Shown one piece after another: positions 45,060 through 53,745 of a stretch of DNA of 64,000 bases. The stretch comes from a virus, in the UHGV virus genome UHGV-0038492, one strand, 5' to 3'. The position numbers and the translations under genes are program-made. The stretch's first letter is position 1. Every line of letters starts with the position of its first letter. The notes below the pieces were generated by a model. The model was given only the letters and a program-made list of their open reading frames with translations, was not told the origin of the DNA and did not search any database.

Positions 45060-45614
45060 ATGAAAGACTATAGAATTGCAATCATCGGGTCTCGAGAAAC
45101 ACCGGAAGACGTTATGCAGGAAATGTTAGACACGTTACGGGAAGGGTTTCGAATCTTACGAAAGAAAGGCTACACGATTACCACCCGTTCTGGCGGGTGT
45201 TATAAAGGCCCAGACCAGCTTCAGTTTATGATAGCACGTACCGAGGACGTTAAGAGCGTTTGTTATCTGCCGGATGAAAAGAAAATGTGGTTAGGGAAAA
45301 TACACCCTAAGGTAGAGTTTCGTTATATCCCACAAGACGTTCAGTACCGAGCGATAGTTGCTTCACTTCACCCAAATCCAGATAAGCTCTCACCGATTGC
45401 CTGGGCGCTACACGGCCGTAATCTGAATATCATCGCAGGTGACTGCTTAGACGAACCGGTAGACGCAGTCTATTACTTTAGCGACCACGACAAACACGGA
45501 AACGCAAAAGGTGGTACTGCGATGGGTGTAAAATACGCGAAGTCAATCGACGTTCCTTGTTACTACCATACCGTCGATCGGGATAAGTGGTTGGAAAGTC
45601 TTCGTTTATTATGA
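45060..45614 (+). CDS. SLOG/DprA-like Rossmann-fold protein, putative (184 aa)
   Basis: N-terminal strand motif RIAIIGSRE and C-terminal glycine motif KGGTAMGV resemble the SMF/DprA-LOG superfamily pattern; RBS ggagg 5 nt before ATG 45060. Confidence 0.35.
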   Translation: MKDYRIAIIGSRETPEDVMQEMLDTLREGFRILRKKGYTITTRSGGCYKGPDQLQFMIARTEDVKSVCYLPDEKKMWLGKIHPKVEFRYIPQDVQYRAIVASLHPNPDKLSPIAWALHGRNLNIIAGDCLDEPVDAVYYFSDHDKHGNAKGGTAMGVKYAKSIDVPCYYHTVDRDKWLESLRLL

Positions 45615-45737
45615 ACTTGACTTTAACCGCGTAGTTGAGTTCAGCGATTCACCGTGCGATGGGAACAGAAGTTACTGTGTATCCGTTAGCAGGGTGAACT
45701 GGGTAAAAGTAAGATCAAAGCAAACGAGTAAATTATC

Positions 45738-46871
45738 ATGTCAACGTTAGATAGCGACTTAGAAGTGCTTTGTGACGATTACGACCGACTCGTAGCGTTA
45801 GAATCCATTGGAGTAAAAGACAATTATCCGGCTATCGTTGCTATCCGTAAACGTTGGCTTTTGGATGATGTGGTTGTTGCGTCAGAGTCTGCGGCCATGA
45901 TGCACCGTGCACAGTTTTTGTCAGACACGGAACCTGATAAAGGGATAGGCAAAGCGGCGGCACGACTCACCGGACGTGCGGTTCGTGGCGTAAGTCGGGT
46001 AGCAGGACGTGCTGCCAGTGCAGGTGCAAAAGCATCGGCGAACTTCGCAGGTAAACATTCCAAACAACTTGCTTTACGTTTTGTGGATTTTGCTGAGGCT
46101 GCGGGTAAAGAAGTCATTAAGGAATTAAAAGAAGCGACGTCTAAAGCGACGACCTTAGAGCGCAAACTGCAAAAGTTAAATGCACGTCTAAATTTAATCG
46201 GTGACAAAGACACCTTAAAACCGGTTGACTGCGACACGGGAAGCTGGACGACCAAAGTTTGTTTAGAAGACAAACCTAACGTAAAAGCGTGTATTGAGTT
46301 CAGTAAGAACCTGAACGCAATGGATGCGATGGTCAACGAGTATACCGTTAAAACGCGCACCATTATCGGTAAGAGCAAGAAAGTTACTGAGAGTGGCTTG
46401 GAGAAAGTAGGTCGCTCAACGAACTGGGCGATTAAACGTAGTGCAGGGCTGTTCGGTATTATCGATCCGTTTAAAACGGTGAAAGCGTATCCGTGGCCAG
46501 GTAACGTGGTGGTCGTTGAACACGACAACGGTAAGATTGAGTGGGCGATTGCCCGTGATGGTGATTTTGGCCACTCAATCAAATCTCTGAACTTACACGA
46601 AATCGGTTCGGCTCTCGAAGCCGTTGAAAAAATTATCCGAGCTTTACGTCAGCGTGGTACGAAGCGACGTAGCGTTGGTTATACCGGTATTTACGATGAA
46701 GTTCAGCGAATGAAAAAAGAGCTGAAGTCGTTAGACGGTCGTGAGTTACGCGATGCTACCGTTCGGTATAAGAACGCACTGCGTTTAGAAGATGCGTTTA
46801 CTACCTCGTTAGTGCGTGTTGCGGAAGGCTTACTGGAATGGTGCAGGTTGTCGCTGATTGAGGTTAAATAA
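45738..46871 (+). CDS. hypothetical protein (377 aa)
   Basis: Long ORF; Ala/Arg-rich low-complexity stretch near residue 80. Confidence 0.6.
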   Translation: MSTLDSDLEVLCDDYDRLVALESIGVKDNYPAIVAIRKRWLLDDVVVASESAAMMHRAQFLSDTEPDKGIGKAAARLTGRAVRGVSRVAGRAASAGAKASANFAGKHSKQLALRFVDFAEAAGKEVIKELKEATSKATTLERKLQKLNARLNLIGDKDTLKPVDCDTGSWTTKVCLEDKPNVKACIEFSKNLNAMDAMVNEYTVKTRTIIGKSKKVTESGLEKVGRSTNWAIKRSAGLFGIIDPFKTVKAYPWPGNVVVVEHDNGKIEWAIARDGDFGHSIKSLNLHEIGSALEAVEKIIRALRQRGTKRRSVGYTGIYDEVQRMKKELKSLDGRELRDATVRYKNALRLEDAFTTSLVRVAEGLLEWCRLSLIEVK

Positions 46872-47338
46872 TGCGTATTACTATTATTCTCAAACCCGAC
46901 AGTAAATACGGAAAGTTATACGGCGACCAGGTACTCAAACTGCACAACATGTTGTTCGCAGAAGAGAAAGTGCGTATTAGTCAGTTAACTGGACGTGACA
47001 CGTTCAACCCCATCGAACGTTTAGAAGAGATTTGGCCTCAAGACTATCTCTGTGCGTGTGCGGTGGGTGACAACGAACAGCTTCTGGGATTTATGACGTT
47101 CTCATTGGGTTCTTGCTCAAAAGACACGTTTGTTTACATCGGGAATTACTATGTGATTCCTGAAGCACGTTCTCAAGGGGTAGGGCGTGCGCTTATGGAC
47201 AAAGTCCGTGAATACGGAAAGTCCAAAGGTTGTGGTTGGATGAGTCTGGATGTGTTAGACAACAACGTTAAAGCTATCTCCTTGTATGAGAAAATGGGAT
47301 TCCGTACCGAATGCAGGGAAATGATAAAGGAAATCTAA
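46871..47338 (+). CDS. GNAT-family N-acetyltransferase (155 aa)
   Basis: Classic motif A IPEARSQGVGRALMDKV and C-terminal LYEKMGF; coupled start (TAATG). Confidence 0.75.
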   Translation: MRITIILKPDSKYGKLYGDQVLKLHNMLFAEEKVRISQLTGRDTFNPIERLEEIWPQDYLCACAVGDNEQLLGFMTFSLGSCSKDTFVYIGNYYVIPEARSQGVGRALMDKVREYGKSKGCGWMSLDVLDNNVKAISLYEKMGFRTECREMIKEI

Positions 47339-47339
47339 A

Positions 47340-47972
47340 ATGGCTGCAAGATTCGTACCGTTTCATGACGGGTCTAGATATACTTTTGGTGTAGAGCGTT
47401 ACGCTGTGGGTTTTCGTCCTGGTTGGAGAGTGGTACGAATCGATAAAGCGTGTTGGTGTTTACCGACCGGCATTTTTGATTACTTTACGCCTGAAGCTTT
47501 AACGCGGTTTGTTTCTCTGGGTTCTCCCACGCAACGTGCTGCGTGGGAAAAGAATATTCGTTGCCGTTATTTGGGTAAAACACGAAACGCGACGGTACGT
47601 GGTGTTTATCACGTAGGGAGTCGTTGGTTACACGTTGAGCCAACACATCCCCGTTGTGCCGTCACACCCTTTAACGGTGAATATCGCGGTCAGGTGTACA
47701 CGGGGTTACATTTTGCGTTCCCGGATAACCCTGACCTTAATTATTTTCTGGCTACCCCGAAAGACGTTACATTAGCCACGTTCTATAAATACCTTTTGTT
47801 CTATCCTGCCTACGTCGTTGCAGAATACGAACACAAAGCATTTCCTCTGCCTTACGGTAGAGACAGGAGATTAGCAGGATGTTCTATCGAGAACTTCAGC
47901 AATACACCGACGCTCTCCGAAAAGCGACCATTGATGCTCACAACAACCTCAGAGATGTCGTTAGCGTTATAG
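47340..47972 (+). CDS. hypothetical protein (210 aa)
   Basis: ORF starting 2 nt after previous stop; 3' end overlaps the next ORF by 94 nt. Confidence 0.5.
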   Translation: MAARFVPFHDGSRYTFGVERYAVGFRPGWRVVRIDKACWCLPTGIFDYFTPEALTRFVSLGSPTQRAAWEKNIRCRYLGKTRNATVRGVYHVGSRWLHVEPTHPRCAVTPFNGEYRGQVYTGLHFAFPDNPDLNYFLATPKDVTLATFYKYLLFYPAYVVAEYEHKAFPLPYGRDRRLAGCSIENFSNTPTLSEKRPLMLTTTSEMSLAL

Positions 47973-48250
47973 AACAGTGTTCGGATGTATTGTATGCGGA
48001 AACGATTGAAACGCCAACCCACGACGGTGTGAAATCGCTCCAGCTACACGTTTGTAGTAAACACGGCAGTCTGTCGTTAAACTTCCGTGTAGGTTTAGAT
48101 TATTACATGGTTCGTAAGAGCTATTTAAGTTGTGACGGTGACCTTTATCCGGTTGTCTGGAACAACGATTATTCTAAGTTTGTTTATCCACTTGAAGAAC
48201 ACCGACGCACGGTTTATGAATTTGTGAAAGCTGTTCTCGAGGGGTTCTAA
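47879..48250 (+). CDS. hypothetical protein (123 aa)
   Basis: ATG with RBS aggag ~10 nt upstream; unusual 94 nt overlap with upstream ORF. Confidence 0.4.
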   Translation: MFYRELQQYTDALRKATIDAHNNLRDVVSVIEQCSDVLYAETIETPTHDGVKSLQLHVCSKHGSLSLNFRVGLDYYMVRKSYLSCDGDLYPVVWNNDYSKFVYPLEEHRRTVYEFVKAVLEGF

Positions 48251-48263
48251 AGAGGGTATTGTG

Positions 48264-48869
48264 ATGTCAGAGATGATTCTCGACTCATTACTGCTGATTA
48301 CGGTGGCGTATATCAACAAAACCGGTAAGCTACCAAAGCGTGGGGTGACGATTGAACGGGAGGGGTTTAAGCACCGCTACCCGTTAACGAAAGTTCTCGA
48401 TTTGGCAGCGCGGTTAGCGAAGATGCGTAGACCGACGTCAGACGCAGCACCGAAGTACGTCTTAGTGGTACTCCAACGTGCGATTTCTGAAGTCCGTCGT
48501 GCGCGTCGTCGTGCCTCGTTTCGCTTTTATCCAAACTCTACGCAGCAGGTTGTGGGGGTCTATAACGAAATGGTTGTTGATTTACGTACCGAACACTGTA
48601 ACGTTACAGGACTTGCGTATAACCGCCTCAAACGCATTCTGGACGACTCAGACGCGTTTACCACACCGCAAGAAGGTCAAGCGGCTTTAGCGCTTCTACG
48701 AGGCGCTGAGCTCGTTATTGTGGACACCGCAGTACAGGCCGCAAGAATGCAGCACTATCTTGCTAAGCAAGGATTAGTTTTACTGTGTGTTCCGTCTGCA
48801 CAGGCTGCTAATCTTACCGCACCGGAAACGTCAGAAGTGTGGAGTGGTCCGATTGTTGACCATCAATAA
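48264..48869 (+). CDS. hypothetical protein (201 aa)
   Basis: ATG 48264 with RBS agaggg 7 nt upstream; terminator follows. Confidence 0.55.
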   Translation: MSEMILDSLLLITVAYINKTGKLPKRGVTIEREGFKHRYPLTKVLDLAARLAKMRRPTSDAAPKYVLVVLQRAISEVRRARRRASFRFYPNSTQQVVGVYNEMVVDLRTEHCNVTGLAYNRLKRILDDSDAFTTPQEGQAALALLRGAELVIVDTAVQAARMQHYLAKQGLVLLCVPSAQAANLTAPETSEVWSGPIVDHQ

Positions 48870-48872
48870 AAC

Positions 48873-48912
48873 CTTACCCCTACCTATCGGTAGGGGCGGG
48901 TTTCTTTTTTTA
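48873..48912 (+). terminator. Rho-independent terminator
   Basis: Stem cccctacc / ggtagggg with loop tatc, then cgggtttcttttttt. Confidence 0.8.
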
Positions 48913-49008
48913 TCCTAAAATTTATTACAACCAATAGCTATTATGTGAACGCCGGTATGGAATAAAGAAGTATCGGTTTAAATTTTTGTGCGTAAAGGTA
49001 AAACGATA

Positions 49009-49632
49009 ATGCTTAAGACAGTGTCTATTGATGGCCCTGACTTTTCTGGGAAATCGACGTTGTGCAAAATAGTAAAAGGTATGCTGGAATCTGCGGGGTT
49101 AAAGGTCTGCATCCGTAATCACCCTACGACGGAGACCGAAGCGGGTATCCGCGCACGCAGTTTAGTCGTTCAGTCCGCAGCAAAAGCAAAAATTGCCGAA
49201 GCGATGTGCGACGATTTCCTTCACACGTTAGACCATGTTGTTGACGATTACGATGTTGTTATTTTCGACAGGTTCTGTCCCTCTACAATCGTTTACCAGG
49301 GTGTCGACGGTAAAGACGAAGTTTTCCGACGTAAGCTAACGCGTCATTTCCACGCACCAGATTTGTACGTTTGGACGGACGTGGATTACGACGGCGCAGT
49401 AGCACGCTTTAAGAAACGGGTAGAAGAACAAGGTAAGAATTGGGACGACGAGGTTCTTACCGTTAAGTATTTAAAAGACAACCAAAGTTGGGAAGCGTTA
49501 CGTGACCACTACCGCTTTGCCCACCACATCCTCACTGAAGGCGGTTGTCTGCACCATTTATTACCCGTGAAGCAAGACGACGATTACCGTTTGAAAGCGG
49601 CTGAAATCGTTGCTTGTATTTTAGAGAATTAA
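49009..49632 (+). CDS. tmk: thymidylate kinase-like nucleoside monophosphate kinase
   Basis: P-loop IDGPDFSGKST and DR...YQG motif (VIFDRFCPSTIVYQG) in Tmk order; start set at ATG 49009 with RBS aaagg. Confidence 0.75.
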   Translation: MLKTVSIDGPDFSGKSTLCKIVKGMLESAGLKVCIRNHPTTETEAGIRARSLVVQSAAKAKIAEAMCDDFLHTLDHVVDDYDVVIFDRFCPSTIVYQGVDGKDEVFRRKLTRHFHAPDLYVWTDVDYDGAVARFKKRVEEQGKNWDDEVLTVKYLKDNQSWEALRDHYRFAHHILTEGGCLHHLLPVKQDDDYRLKAAEIVACILEN

Positions 49633-49637
49633 TCACA

Positions 49638-49676
49638 TACCCCTACCTTCGGGTAGGGGATTATTTAATTTTTTCT
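49638..49676 (+). terminator. Rho-independent terminator
   Basis: Stem acccctacc / ggtagggg with loop ttcg, then attatttaatttttt. Confidence 0.8.
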
Positions 49677-49717
49677 CAGATATATATTACCTTAGTGAGA
49701 TTACACAGTAATCTCTT
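49677..49717 (+). promoter_or_regulatory. conserved promoter-like element copy 4
   Basis: tcAGATATATATTACCTTAGTGAGATTACacaGTAATCTC with perfect 8 bp inverted repeat GAGATTAC/GTAATCTC. Confidence 0.5.
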
Positions 49718-49750
49718 TACGACTTGTTCTACAGATTAGGATTAAATATC

Positions 49751-50110
49751 ATGGCTTACAATCACAACTCTATTGTTTTAGCAAAACGTAAATTCGGTCT
49801 TCATCTTTCTTACGTGATTCGTCATTTGACAGCGAAAGACATTACACAGCGTGAACTTGCCCAGCTTGCGAAAGTTTCACAGCCGGTTATTTCATCTATT
49901 AAGAACGATCATAGCGAACGCCTGAGTCTACCAATAATGATGAAGGTTGCTGATGCAATTCGTCTGAAATATCAGATTACGTTTAATTCTGTTAAAGGGC
50001 GTTGCTCAGTAACGGTTCACGTAGAGTCTGCGTTGGACTACGTTGCAAATACGTCCCTTAAACGTACAGCGAAAAATATTCGTTTTGTTACTAACAGCGC
50101 AACACACTAA
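49751..50110 (+). CDS. XRE-family helix-turn-helix DNA-binding protein, putative regulator (119 aa)
   Basis: HTH-like segment ITQRELAQLAKVSQPVISSIKN; RBS agga before ATG 49751; directly downstream of promoter-like element copy 4. Confidence 0.55.
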   Translation: MAYNHNSIVLAKRKFGLHLSYVIRHLTAKDITQRELAQLAKVSQPVISSIKNDHSERLSLPIMMKVADAIRLKYQITFNSVKGRCSVTVHVESALDYVANTSLKRTAKNIRFVTNSATH

Positions 50111-50131
50111 TCAACCTAAAGGAGTATTATC

Positions 50132-50815
50132 ATGGCACCGAAAACTAAGAAAACTGAAGTTAAAGAAACTGTAGAAAAGCCGACTGATACTAAGGAAGCG
50201 GAAGTTAAGCAGACTGGGCCTAGCAAGAAGCTTGCGCTTATGCCACCCACCACAGAAATACACGGGGATAAAATCTTAAGTTACACTCCGCGCGCGAGTT
50301 TAACGATGGATATTTACCATTACCCGGTATTCGACCTGTACACGCTTGTCTGTCGACTCGACGATGAGATACTGGCAGTCGTTCCAGGTATCCACAAAGA
50401 AAAACTGCTTACGGGTTCAGTCATTAGCGAGATTTTCCTGCGCTTGATGTTTAAATCAGACGATAAGATGATCAGCCAGATTGCTAGTAAATTGACTGAC
50501 TTCTTTGTTGAGGCTTCAACGTGGTTAGGCTTTCACCCAACGGCTTATTTCATTTTCGACACCAAAATGTTGTATGCTGAAATGGGCGATAGCGTTAAGT
50601 ATCCTATCTTGCTTAATGAAGAAGTCGTTCCGTTTTCCCTTACCAGTCCTAACAAACATCTTCGCTTTCATCCTGCGTTAGAAAACCTGATTGAATACAA
50701 TCGGTTGGAAAAATATTACGCTTATCATCGCATGTTCTTTGAACTTCTGCGTGATAAATTAAGAGGCAAAGTTCCAGATTCTAGTGCAGCATTCACTAGT
50801 TCTAAGCTTTGGTAG
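50132..50815 (+). CDS. hypothetical protein (227 aa) with Lys/Thr/Glu-rich N-terminus
   Basis: RBS aaaggag before ATG; terminator follows. Confidence 0.6.
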   Translation: MAPKTKKTEVKETVEKPTDTKEAEVKQTGPSKKLALMPPTTEIHGDKILSYTPRASLTMDIYHYPVFDLYTLVCRLDDEILAVVPGIHKEKLLTGSVISEIFLRLMFKSDDKMISQIASKLTDFFVEASTWLGFHPTAYFIFDTKMLYAEMGDSVKYPILLNEEVVPFSLTSPNKHLRFHPALENLIEYNRLEKYYAYHRMFFELLRDKLRGKVPDSSAAFTSSKLW

Positions 50816-50825
50816 TTTGTAACAA

Positions 50826-50857
50826 ACAGGGAGCTTCGGCTCCCTTTTTCTTTTTAC
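50826..50857 (+). terminator. Rho-independent terminator
   Basis: Stem agggagc / gctccct with loop ttcg, then ttttctttttt. Confidence 0.75.
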
Positions 50858-50901
50858 AACTTTTTCTTTTGTTGTGAGGAAAGCCGATAAGGAGTATTAA
50901 A

Positions 50902-51888
50902 ATGGTATATCGTAAAACGATAGAAAGAACCTCTTCTGATTTAACCGTAGGACGCTTAACCCGTAGAGATATTCGCAATCCTCAGCTTCAGGCATGTTTA
51001 ACGGGGCCTAACGGTGCGGTGATTCGAGAAGCACTGTGTAATACCGAGCTGAATACGTTCTCTTTACAAAAAGGAAAAACAATCCAAGGGTTTATCATCA
51101 CAAAACACATTTACGGCGACCCAACGTTACACTGCTTGTATATGCACGAAATTGTACCTGGGTGTTTGAACAAACTGAGCCTTCTATTGGTACTTGACTA
51201 TACGGGTTTTACGTACCTTAACCGAATTGCCAGAGGTGTGGAAGAAATCGCCGAGCTTAACGATTTAGGGTTTAGACATACCCACACAGCATATCGTTTA
51301 GGTACACGTAAGTTACTGGATGTCACTTTACCGACGAACGTGAAGAACGTCTCCGACGACTTCTATAAAGACTTAACCGGAGCACAACGTGAACAGCTTA
51401 TGATGTTGCTTGGCACTAGCGTCGTTGAAAACATCAATGCTGACCCTGTAACGCGTTCTCGACAAATAATGCCACAAGTTGAAACATTGGTGGAATTAGT
51501 GCGGCACGTCAATCACTACACTTACGTTTGGATGGACGGTAATGACGTTGTGGGTGTGGTGCAAGTTAAATCACGCAATCTTAGCGAGTGCGAACTAAAA
51601 GCCATTGCGGTAAGTGAAACACACCGGGGCCGTGGGATTGGGCGTGCGTTGTTGTACCGTGCTTTACAGATTGCATCGACAACAGCGGCACCATTAGAAA
51701 TAGGGTGTTACAATAACAACCCAGCATTTAGACACCTGGCCGTAGATTTGTTTAAATTCCGTCCCTACGAGTACGAATTTGTTTTAGTGCGCGACGACGA
51801 TGTCGTCAGTTGGGAGCGTCGGAAAAACCGCGTCGAGTTAGTGTTAGGCGACGAAATGTCATCGTTACAAGGCGGAATTAATGCATAA
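50902..51888 (+). CDS. GNAT-domain protein (328 aa; acetyltransferase fold in C-terminal half)
   Basis: RBS aaggag before ATG; C-terminal half carries VGVVQV...IAVSETHRGRGIGRALLYRA motif; N-terminal half unassigned. Confidence 0.55.
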   Translation: MVYRKTIERTSSDLTVGRLTRRDIRNPQLQACLTGPNGAVIREALCNTELNTFSLQKGKTIQGFIITKHIYGDPTLHCLYMHEIVPGCLNKLSLLLVLDYTGFTYLNRIARGVEEIAELNDLGFRHTHTAYRLGTRKLLDVTLPTNVKNVSDDFYKDLTGAQREQLMMLLGTSVVENINADPVTRSRQIMPQVETLVELVRHVNHYTYVWMDGNDVVGVVQVKSRNLSECELKAIAVSETHRGRGIGRALLYRALQIASTTAAPLEIGCYNNNPAFRHLAVDLFKFRPYEYEFVLVRDDDVVSWERRKNRVELVLGDEMSSLQGGINA

Positions 51889-52696
51889 ACCAATTATAAA
51901 GTGGATGGGTGGCAAATCGCGGATTATCGACACCTTACTACAAGTCTTACCTGAACGTACCACTTTCGTTGAACCGTTTGTTGGCGCAGGGTCAGTGTTT
52001 TTGAACACACGTTATAAACGTTACATTCTTGCTGACTCTAACCCTGACTTAATCCAGTTGCTGAATGTAGCGAAAGACCAACCTGAAGAACTTATCTTGA
52101 AGTCGAAACCGCTATTCGAAGACGGTAACGATTGTATTAAGTATATGGAGAGACGAGAACTGTTTAATCGCGAAACGGATATGGCTCCGTTAGACCGGGC
52201 AGCAATGTTTCTGTACTTAATGCGTCACGGTTTTAACGGGATGTGTCGTTACAACGGCAGCGGGGGTTTTAACGTTCCGTTTGGTCGCTATCCTAACGGT
52301 GTGTATTACCCGTTAGAAGAGATTCGTGGTTGGGCTAAACGTTGTCAAGAACCGGAATACTTAGAAATTGTTTGTGAAGATTTCCGAACAGTTTTAGAGC
52401 GTACGCCGGAAGACAGTGTGATTTACGCAGACCCACCGTATATACCGCTCTCAGAGACCGCTAAACACGCGCAATACCATCGGAAGGAGTTTTCCCAGGC
52501 CGACCATCGGGAACTCGCCAGAGCGCTGTTTAAGCAGGTTGAGAAGGGGAATAGCGTTGTGTTGTCCAATGCGGATACGTTACTAACGCGTGAGATTTAT
52601 TACGGGTTCGAATGGCGTTCTGTGGAAGTTGGCCGATACATGGGTGCGTCAGGTGCTGCTCGTAAAACGGTAACGGAATTGTTAGGAGTGCTCTAA
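51881..52696 (+). CDS. dam: DNA adenine methyltransferase (Dam-like, N6-adenine)
   Basis: WMGGKSR, VEPFVGAGSVFLNT, YILADSNPDLI and catalytic DPPY motifs in Dam order; closely parallels E. coli Dam. Confidence 0.93.
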   Translation: MHKPIIKWMGGKSRIIDTLLQVLPERTTFVEPFVGAGSVFLNTRYKRYILADSNPDLIQLLNVAKDQPEELILKSKPLFEDGNDCIKYMERRELFNRETDMAPLDRAAMFLYLMRHGFNGMCRYNGSGGFNVPFGRYPNGVYYPLEEIRGWAKRCQEPEYLEIVCEDFRTVLERTPEDSVIYADPPYIPLSETAKHAQYHRKEFSQADHRELARALFKQVEKGNSVVLSNADTLLTREIYYGFEWRSVEVGRYMGASGAARKTVTELLGVL

Positions 52697-53469
52697 TGCG
52701 TATAGTGGATATCCACGATTATCGTAATGACCATTTAGCGATTGGTGTAGAAGGTAAGATGGTTTCGTTAACCCGTGTACGCAAAGGGTTAATGGAAAAG
52801 GAGATCATTCGGGAGTCCGAAGACCCTACCTTTATCATCCTTTCGAACACTAATCAGTTACAGGGCATCTTTTCAGGGCGTGCTGACGGTAAGATTTTCT
52901 ATATGTCCGCAATCGTTGTGTTTGCGAAGAAGAACATCAACTTTGCCCAACTCAAACGTTTGTTAAACGTGAAGATGTTTGATGTCACCTACCCTGCTAA
53001 TGACCTAAAACGTCGTGATCAGTTAATGGCGTTTTTGGGTATGCAGCCAACGTCAATCGATTATGACCTTACGATTACTGAAAAGCCGGAAGTACGTACT
53101 GACTTACCTGACGTGGTCGACGTTGAATCCCTAACGTTAGAAGAGACGTTTACGATTCCTAAGGTTGTTAATGTCAACCTGGACACGCACTGTTTAGGGT
53201 TGTTAGCCGTAGGTGCAGCAGAAGGGTTGTGTTGTCGTAAAGACGGTAAGGTTGAAGGAATCTTAGTCTATTCGAAAATCAACGAAAAGACGTTTGCCAC
53301 CGAAGGCTTTTTCTATAACGACTGTACTTACGGAAACGCACTACTAACCACGTATTTCCGTATTGCTTATCTGAAAGGCGCAACTGTACGCCTCACGTTT
53401 CCATACACAGCTCCACCGTCTATGGGTGGAGTTGAGGTAGAACCATTAACCGGCCACTTTATCTTTTAA
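52696..53469 (+). CDS. hypothetical protein (257 aa)
   Basis: Coupled start (TAATG) directly after dam. Confidence 0.6.
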   Translation: MRIVDIHDYRNDHLAIGVEGKMVSLTRVRKGLMEKEIIRESEDPTFIILSNTNQLQGIFSGRADGKIFYMSAIVVFAKKNINFAQLKRLLNVKMFDVTYPANDLKRRDQLMAFLGMQPTSIDYDLTITEKPEVRTDLPDVVDVESLTLEETFTIPKVVNVNLDTHCLGLLAVGAAEGLCCRKDGKVEGILVYSKINEKTFATEGFFYNDCTYGNALLTTYFRIAYLKGATVRLTFPYTAPPSMGGVEVEPLTGHFIF

Positions 53470-53478
53470 GGATGATGA

Positions 53479-53706
53479 ATGGAAATCAAACGTATTGTAA
53501 CCAAAAACAAACAGATTGTTTACGTCGCAGGTGATAACGAATTCTCGGCGGTAATCAACAGCGAAAATGTGCTCGTTATCGGTTATCCGGGTAAAGTTAT
53601 TACGCGCAGTCACCAACGTGTGATTGACAAACTTATCGCAAAAGCGAAAGCGCGTGACGGTGTTGGTTCAGTACAAACCCACACGGGGTTAACGCTGGCC
53701 CTCTAG
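53479..53706 (+). CDS. hypothetical protein (75 aa)
   Basis: RBS aaggatg before ATG 53479. Confidence 0.5.
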   Translation: MEIKRIVTKNKQIVYVAGDNEFSAVINSENVLVIGYPGKVITRSHQRVIDKLIAKAKARDGVGSVQTHTGLTLAL

Positions 53707-53745
53707 TCAGCAGGTAATATGACCTCTTAACTGGAGACTTTAATA

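Noticed and set aside
45824-46582. 252 aa minus-strand ORF inside gene 45738-46871
   Set aside because: Shadow ORF antisense to a + strand gene in a block where all neighbours are + strand; no RBS or terminator context.
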